DNA of 64,000 nt from IMG/VR virus record IMGVR_UViG_3300050015_000702. One strand, written 5' to 3'. Below the pieces are notes generated by a model. The model was given only the letters and a program-made list of their open reading frames with translations. It ran no database searches and was not told where the DNA came from. Made by a program: the position numbers and the translations under genes. This document shows, piece by piece, positions 57,730 to 64,000 of the stretch; the stretch's first letter is position 1, and each line of letters begins with the position of its first letter. The stretch comes from a virus.

Positions 57730-58236
57730 TTAATGTTGCGTTGTATCGTTTACCCTTTTAACTACGATACGGGGGATAGGGTCTCTCATTTTATCACCAT
57801 TTAAATTTGGTGCTTCAATGTCTGTCTTGTATGCTTTCTGTAATTTTTCAAAAGATTCATTTAAAAGCATTATCTTTTCGATAACTTGATTTGCATTTTT
57901 ACCTCCTGCACTAAGAATCATGTCTAATTTTCGATTTGTGTTGACATTTAATTCCTGAACTAGAGAATGTAAGTTATTTAAATAAGTAAGAATTTCTTTA
58001 TTATAAGCATCCTGTTCCCTTCTAAAATCTTCAAAATTACCAATAAGAGTATAAGTAGCATCGATGCCCTTTTTCATTGTAGCAATTTCCCTAATACTGT
58101 TATCCTTTGCATTTTTAGACACTAAGAAATAAGAGACTGTTAAGAATATTACAAAGACAAGAACATATTTAAGAGCGGTTGGCGTTTTTTCCCAAAACTT
58201 ATTAATATCTACAGGTTTTGTCTGAACTGCTGGCAT
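57730..58236 (-). CDS. TM + coiled-coil protein
   Basis: N-terminal TM, heptads. Confidence 0.55.
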   Translation of the reverse strand: MPAVQTKPVDINKFWEKTPTALKYVLVFVIFLTVSYFLVSKNAKDNSIREIATMKKGIDATYTLIGNFEDFRREQDAYNKEILTYLNNLHSLVQELNVNTNRKLDMILSAGGKNANQVIEKIMLLNESFEKLQKAYKTDIEAPNLNGDKMRDPIPRIVVKRVNDTTQH

Positions 58237-58251
58237 AAAATTTGTTTTATG

Positions 58252-59058
58252 TTAAACTGAGAGAGTTCTCACTCTGCTTCTTGGTAGTGTTTCCATTCTT
58301 GGTTCCTGATTCTCCGATCCAAAAATACATCTGCATGAATCAGCATCTCCTACGGCCTGTGAATAATCTCCTGCATGTACAAGGCAATTACCTGTGGCTT
58401 CTTCTGTTTCTTCGTCAACTGTAACTCCAGGAACATAATCTTGCGGATTAGCAAAGTCATTAGGATTTTCAAATAACCTAATCTGTTCTTTTGGAAGAAT
58501 CTGCATATCTCCTTCAACTAAAACATTTACAGTTGGAGAATCGGCAAGCATATCTGAATATTTGACGTAGCAATGAGTAGTTTTTATAGGTACAGTGTTA
58601 TAGAATATTCCGCAATGAACATATTGTTCAAAAAGAAGTTTCTGAGTTTTATCATCAAACTTCATAGGAGGTTTCATTGCACCTTTTTGAGCAAGTCCTT
58701 TAAGAACTTTTAATTGGCTGTCTTTAGCTACTTTAGTGGAATATTGAATCTGAACAATCCAAGAACCATCTGACATTTGGCCAATAACATATCCTTGCTC
58801 TTTTCCAAAAGCTACCTTGTCCCCTATTTGAGCTTCATTTAGAGGTTTTAATTCTGATTCTTTTTTTGATTCTTTCATAACCGGAAATTCTTTATTAATT
58901 AAATCTGCAACTAAATACATGAGAGTGTCCCTCTCTGAAGGATTCAACGGAGTTGTTCCGATCTCGCGATTAGCTTTGATCAGAACGTTTCCATTGTTAT
59001 CACATATTTGTCCGCTTATAACTTGGACTGGAAGCTTGAGACTTTTAATTGAAGTCAT
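58252..59058 (-). CDS. hypothetical protein, probable head-associated
   Basis: Internal MKES/LNEA/LFE sites; coupled to the upstream gene. Confidence 0.5.
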   Translation of the reverse strand: MTSIKSLKLPVQVISGQICDNNGNVLIKANREIGTTPLNPSERDTLMYLVADLINKEFPVMKESKKESELKPLNEAQIGDKVAFGKEQGYVIGQMSDGSWIVQIQYSTKVAKDSQLKVLKGLAQKGAMKPPMKFDDKTQKLLFEQYVHCGIFYNTVPIKTTHCYVKYSDMLADSPTVNVLVEGDMQILPKEQIRLFENPNDFANPQDYVPGVTVDEETEEATGNCLVHAGDYSQAVGDADSCRCIFGSENQEPRMETLPRSRVRTLSV

Positions 59059-61103
59059 TATGCAATGGTTTTCTTTTTCTTTAGAAATACCCTACGTTTC
59101 TTAGGAGCTTCTGGTTCTAATTCTGTTTGAGCATCAGTAGCTTCATCCTTTGGTTTTTCTTCGTCTTCTTCCTCTGGTTTCTTTTCGGGTTTTTCTTCAA
59201 CGTTAACATCGTCAGTTGGTTCATCAACATCGGCTTCGGTGTTAGTTTCGATCTTGTCTTCTTCACCACCTGCAAGGTCTGGAGATTCGGTACCATCACC
59301 GTTTTCTTCTTCTCCATCTTCAGTTCCAGCTTCTGCTTCTGCCTCTTTATCGGCTTCTGCTTTGTCTGCTTCTGCACCAACTTCATCTGAACCCATAGAT
59401 ACACTATCAGTAGAAATTGTTGGGGTATCACCTAACATTTCGGTTTTGTCATCGTCAAAAGTTACTGCTGAAGCAGGCTCTTTTTCCATATCTTCTTTAC
59501 CAACTTCTGATCCGGCTTCGCCTTCTGCACTGCCCTGACCACCATCGGCTGGAATAGGTACAGTAAATTTCTTTCCATCAACATCTACAGTGATTGTAAT
59601 AGATTCGCCAAGTGGACGAACGTATTTTTCAGCAACGTTTAGATAGTCTTTGTAATCATTTCTAACTTCGGTAAGTTCTTCATCCAAAGCTTCAAGAACT
59701 TTAACAACGGTTGGGGTTGCATATTCGCCTTTGAACTGAGATATTTTAGTTTCAAGAGCTGCAATATAGTCAGTATATTCTTTTTTAGTATCAGCTATTT
59801 CTTCAAGGATTTTTTCCTGTTCTGGAAGTAAACCTTCGAATAGACGAGAAACGTCATATCTTAGGTGTTCCATCATGATGCCCTTAGCTTGAATAGGGTT
59901 AACGTTACGATAGAAAGTACTCTTGCCATCTGTAGCATTATGGGTGGCAATGAAAATGTTGCCACGGAGTTTAAACACATCAGCAGCGTGATTTAAATCC
60001 TCTTTTAGGAATACCCGTTTTGCAAAGTCAATTTCTGCGATTTCGTCGAAGTTCTTTTTGAACATTTCAACTAAACCAAGCAATTTACCTTTACCAGTCC
60101 ACTGTGCTATTGATGCACTTTCAGCGAATGCTTTTGAATCCAATTCCTTTTCATTAAGGATAACTTTATCAGCTGTGATAATAGCTTTGTCGTTTCCTTC
60201 ATAAATGGTAATATTCTTACCGTTGATAATAACGTTTGGATTGTTAATAGCTTCACAAAGCTGAACGAAGTCTCTATCGAGTCTTGCAACTTCTTTTTCG
60301 CCAATACGAGCCACAATATTACCTTTCTTAACATAGAACATTCCACGAACTCCGAATACGGCTTCGTTTTCGCCTAAGTATATGATTGGAGAATATATTT
60401 TCTCAATATCGCAAGTAGCATTTGCATGTTCAAGCTGAAGTTCGGTAGCGTCTAAGGTTACCAAATTGATAATATCACGGATGAAAGGATCGTATGACCA
60501 TTTCATAAGAGATTCTTTAAGGATATGTTTTGTCTGCTCGTTTTTGTTCTCAAGATAATTATTAAGAACGTCTTCGATATACTCAACAAGATAGCGGCTC
60601 TTTGTTTCTTTCATTGTCTCAACAATTTTCTTGAGATCAACATCACTTTTATAGCTGGCTACATTGTCCTGAATATCTTTGATTGCATTTCCTATTCTTG
60701 GGAAATAGTTAAATGCTTGCATAGCAGTCAAGTAAGATTCATATATCGTTACTTCTGGTACCCCATGTTCAAGATGATCCCTATAATATAGAAGAGTTTG
60801 CTTTAGACCTTCGTTCTCATTGGCTTCTTCTCTCATAAGATTCTGAATCGATTCTCTTACTCCAAGATATTTAACAGCCCATGCTCTCTTTTGGTTAGAA
60901 AGCCATGTCTGAACTTCTGGGTCATTTATTTTAGCTAATCCTTCGAATAGGTTTTTAACCTGTACTTTTTCAATTTCATGCTGTGCTTCTGCGGGTACAG
61001 AATTATACATAGCTGAACTTAAGCCAGATATTGCATTTTCGCAAAGGGCTACTACTGCCGCTGATTTGGACTTAGCTTTTAATTGGTTGATTTTTTCTAT
61101 CAT
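59058..61103 (-). CDS. large helical protein with acidic C-terminal tail (prohead core/scaffold-like candidate)
   Basis: 681 aa; many xxE(S/N/A) sites; D/E-rich tail; late promoter 61140-61148. Confidence 0.45.
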   Translation of the reverse strand: MIEKINQLKAKSKSAAVVALCENAISGLSSAMYNSVPAEAQHEIEKVQVKNLFEGLAKINDPEVQTWLSNQKRAWAVKYLGVRESIQNLMREEANENEGLKQTLLYYRDHLEHGVPEVTIYESYLTAMQAFNYFPRIGNAIKDIQDNVASYKSDVDLKKIVETMKETKSRYLVEYIEDVLNNYLENKNEQTKHILKESLMKWSYDPFIRDIINLVTLDATELQLEHANATCDIEKIYSPIIYLGENEAVFGVRGMFYVKKGNIVARIGEKEVARLDRDFVQLCEAINNPNVIINGKNITIYEGNDKAIITADKVILNEKELDSKAFAESASIAQWTGKGKLLGLVEMFKKNFDEIAEIDFAKRVFLKEDLNHAADVFKLRGNIFIATHNATDGKSTFYRNVNPIQAKGIMMEHLRYDVSRLFEGLLPEQEKILEEIADTKKEYTDYIAALETKISQFKGEYATPTVVKVLEALDEELTEVRNDYKDYLNVAEKYVRPLGESITITVDVDGKKFTVPIPADGGQGSAEGEAGSEVGKEDMEKEPASAVTFDDDKTEMLGDTPTISTDSVSMGSDEVGAEADKAEADKEAEAEAGTEDGEEENGDGTESPDLAGGEEDKIETNTEADVDEPTDDVNVEEKPEKKPEEEDEEKPKDEATDAQTELEPEAPKKRRVFLKKKKTIA

Positions 61104-61182
61104 TGCGTTTAGTTATTTGATAAAAACTATGTTTTTCTTTATATATTTAACGAAATCTTAAAATTTTTTCTATTTTTCAAGG

Positions 61183-61752
61183 CTACCAATCAGCCCAGTA
61201 ATGAACATTCGGGGAACCTAATATTTCAACTCCTGCTGGTATATCTTTTTCTGTAAGACCCGATTTATTATTACAAGCAAAATCCCCTCCAATAAATTTG
61301 GCTATGCCGTCAAAAGATTCAATATGAGGATTTAAACTGCAAGCATAATGGCTCTTAACAAATTCAGGACCTCCTACCAAATTCTTTAAATTGTTTCGGG
61401 AACAGCCAAATTCACCATTAACTATTCTGGGGCATCCTCTTAATGAAGTCATTTGGTTTTTATCACCGGTATTCCTTCTAACATCTCCCATAATATTGAA
61501 GTTACAGTTAGCTTCATTAAATTGAATATAATCTGGAAAATTTCCCGGCCAATCTGTAGTAAAAAATCCCTCAAGAATATCAATAGTAAGATCATCATTA
61601 ATTCTAAAGAGACTAGATTTTGTAGCATTTGAAATATTGAACCAATATTCCATCAACCATTCTCGAATTTTTACTCTCATTCCAACCCCCAGGGTCTTTT
61701 TAGGGTCTCCGCCTCTTTCAAAATTTACTGCTATGGATTCTCGAACAATCAT
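61183..61752 (-). CDS. FERG-module protein with LRR-like repeats
   Basis: MIVRESIAVNFERGGDPKKTLGVG; MTSLRGCPRIVNGEF. Confidence 0.65.
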   Translation of the reverse strand: MIVRESIAVNFERGGDPKKTLGVGMRVKIREWLMEYWFNISNATKSSLFRINDDLTIDILEGFFTTDWPGNFPDYIQFNEANCNFNIMGDVRRNTGDKNQMTSLRGCPRIVNGEFGCSRNNLKNLVGGPEFVKSHYACSLNPHIESFDGIAKFIGGDFACNNKSGLTEKDIPAGVEILGSPNVHYWADW

Positions 61753-63089
61753 TAGACAATAGTTAGATGATTTACAATTCCAAAGTTTCTTTCTGGAAAA
61801 TTACTATTGGCAACGTGAATATCAATAATTTTGGATTCGATAGGTCCGCCTGGGAATACAATTCCCGCAGAGGTATGAATAGAAGGATCCAAATAGTTAT
61901 TCGTAATAGTTGCCCATATACTTCCATCTCCGGTATAAGTAATTTGACCAGTTAAACGATTCTTCATTTCCAGCTGCAAATTAATAGAAGCATTTATTTG
62001 CGAATAGAAATAGCCAGGATCCAATACTTTAAAAGAAGAACTGCTTATAATATTTGTAGATAAGTCGGGAATAATCTTAATAAAAGGAGGTCTCGAAACA
62101 GCCACATTATCATTAAATTCGGGTTTTTCTCTGTTTTCCCAGATTATAGTGGGTTCTTGATAAGTAGTAAAGTCCTCAGGAATATTCCAAATATAATATT
62201 CGTGATTAGGTTGAAGTTTATCAATAGAAAAACGTTCGTTGGTATTTGTATAAAGCCAGAATATATCTACTTTTGGAATAACATAAAGCTCTCTTGTAAA
62301 ATCCCATTGAACCCAAAGCGGAATTCCCTTAGGAATAACTGCACCTTCAAGCGGAGTTGTAATTACAATATTGCCTGGCTCCTTTGGAACTCCGCCTTTT
62401 TGAATATCATAATTTATACCTTTGATCTTTGTGGTTGCTTTCATCTCAGTTGTTTTGTCAAAAACTGGCTGATAAGTTTCGATCTCAAGTTCAAAATTAA
62501 GTTTGATTGGGTTGTTTACTTCAAATGAATACTGAATATTCTTTTCAATAGCAAGATCTTCCGGAAATCCAACAGTACAACCAACACGCATTCCTTTGTA
62601 ATAAGTATAGTAGGTAAGAGTTTTGTAGAATGTTTCTCTAATTTCCTGTTCGATTTTTAAAGCACTTATTTGACGATCGATCCACATTTCACATGCTATT
62701 CGAACTTTAAGTGGCATTGAATACAAGAATGAAACATAACTTTCCAATTTACCATCTACTTCTTTTACATATCGTCCCTGTACATAACGGGAAGTAATAC
62801 GTTGAGCATCAATGGTGGAACCTGTATAAGTTACAATGCCTCTAGGAATCATGTCGAAATTACCATCAACTGGTCGAGGTGCAAGACAATCTCCATAGTG
62901 GGTATAGAAATCCTGCATGAAACGTTCGTCTCCAGATTGATTGTAATACCATGGAACATTTATTTGTTCTACATCATCATTTGACCAAACTTGGTTATAT
63001 TGAATATGATTAGTAAGAACGTCAAGAAGACCCGCGATCACACCACGAATTAATATGTCTTCTGAGTTATACTTCTGATACAATGCCAT
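61752..63089 (-). CDS. tail terminator/sheath stabiliser, T4 gp15-like, with C-terminal Ig-like extension
   Basis: I.VP.YY....ERF, IPRG....G..ID..R, P......E......AL.I.Q.I; C-terminal Ig-like domain. Confidence 0.7.
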   Translation of the reverse strand: MALYQKYNSEDILIRGVIAGLLDVLTNHIQYNQVWSNDDVEQINVPWYYNQSGDERFMQDFYTHYGDCLAPRPVDGNFDMIPRGIVTYTGSTIDAQRITSRYVQGRYVKEVDGKLESYVSFLYSMPLKVRIACEMWIDRQISALKIEQEIRETFYKTLTYYTYYKGMRVGCTVGFPEDLAIEKNIQYSFEVNNPIKLNFELEIETYQPVFDKTTEMKATTKIKGINYDIQKGGVPKEPGNIVITTPLEGAVIPKGIPLWVQWDFTRELYVIPKVDIFWLYTNTNERFSIDKLQPNHEYYIWNIPEDFTTYQEPTIIWENREKPEFNDNVAVSRPPFIKIIPDLSTNIISSSSFKVLDPGYFYSQINASINLQLEMKNRLTGQITYTGDGSIWATITNNYLDPSIHTSAGIVFPGGPIESKIIDIHVANSNFPERNFGIVNHLTIV

Positions 63090-64000
63090 TTTGCAGAATA
63101 TTATAATTTTTATCTATAATTATAGTATATTTATATCCATTATTTAAAACAGCTTTTTCTTTTTCTAAAATCATATTTTTATCTCGTTTTAAATAGTAAG
63201 AACTTTTTATTTCAATAATTAAATTTAGAGAAGGTATAAAAAAATCAGAAAGATAGATTCTTTCTTTACCCAAATAATTATATTTAAATGATAACCCTCT
63301 TTGAATATCTGGAAATTTATCATAATATTTTTCTAAAAAATCAAGTTCATAAGAACCCTGATACCAGATGTTTGAATCTCTAAATGGTTTTATTTTTATT
63401 TGAGTTTTAAAGATTTTTTCTGATAATTCCTTACTTTGCATGCTATATTTAACATCATATCTTTTTAGCATTGTTTTTATAGCTTTTTCATGCACGGTAT
63501 CATTTTGCAAACTGCATGGAAATCCATATCTTTCCGTATTTGTATTTCTTTTTTTATTTGATATTTCATTTTTTTCTTCTTTGGAGAAACCCTTCCATAA
63601 ATGAACCATGTCCTTTTTATGATTTACTGACCCCATATAGCTAGAAGCCCCATATCTTTCTTTACATGTTTTTTCAACTTTAATACTATTTAAGCCATGA
63701 GCGGAATTCTTATGTCCATATTTTTTTAATCTAATAGCTTCACTTTTAGTAATTATACTTTCTCTATTGATAATTATTTCATCCCCGTATTTTTCTTTAA
63801 AGACTTCTTTAATTCTATCAAATCTGAAAATATTAGCACATTCTTTTTTACATGTATCCCTATATCCCCTTTGAAAACTATAAAATTCAGTTTTCCCTCC
63901 ACATATTTTACAAATATCTTCCCCCTCCTTTTTTATCCATTTATCATAATAATCTTTTATGCACAATTGATGCTTATGCAAAATATGATTGTTTAATCCT
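63067..64000 (-). mobile_element. free-standing PD-(D/E)xK endonuclease with Zn finger and ERYG repeats (5' end beyond window)
   Basis: Frame is open to the window edge (GLNNHILHKH); YQGSYELDF...YLSDF.IP...LIIEIKS; T..ERYG repeats. Confidence 0.8.

Noticed and set aside
10684-64000. Group I introns or inteins housing the endonucleases
   Set aside because: Flanking genes look complete and there is no room for ribozyme cores; no intein termini recognised

Overview
AT-rich segment of a T4-like (myovirus-type) jumbo phage genome. The host is most likely Bacteroidota, judged from TAnnTTTG -7 promoter boxes, a GET-type tmRNA tag, and BACON/CHU-like Ig domains. The window holds scattered virion genes (gp25-like, gp13 neck, gp20 portal, gp2, gp4, gp15), a roughly 26-kb plus-strand tail/baseplate/adhesin block, two sigma factors (ECF-type and gp55-like), a ribosomal protein S1 homolog, thymidylate kinase, a MoxR AAA+/VWA pair, ankyrin and LRR-like proteins, and nine free-standing endonuclease genes. 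Four main unexplained structures: (1) five endonuclease genes have, right beside their own promoter, a short diverged copy of a conserved site in the gene immediately downstream, a candidate target-mimic operator; (2) a minimal, circularly permuted two-piece tmRNA gene; (3) a roughly 20-aa 'xxE..FERG.DP...LGIG' module found 15 times in 12 otherwise diverse genes, some of them apparent polyproteins; (4) strong D-x-S/N-x-S enrichment in the tail proteins. All family assignments come from motif recognition by eye, not from database searches.
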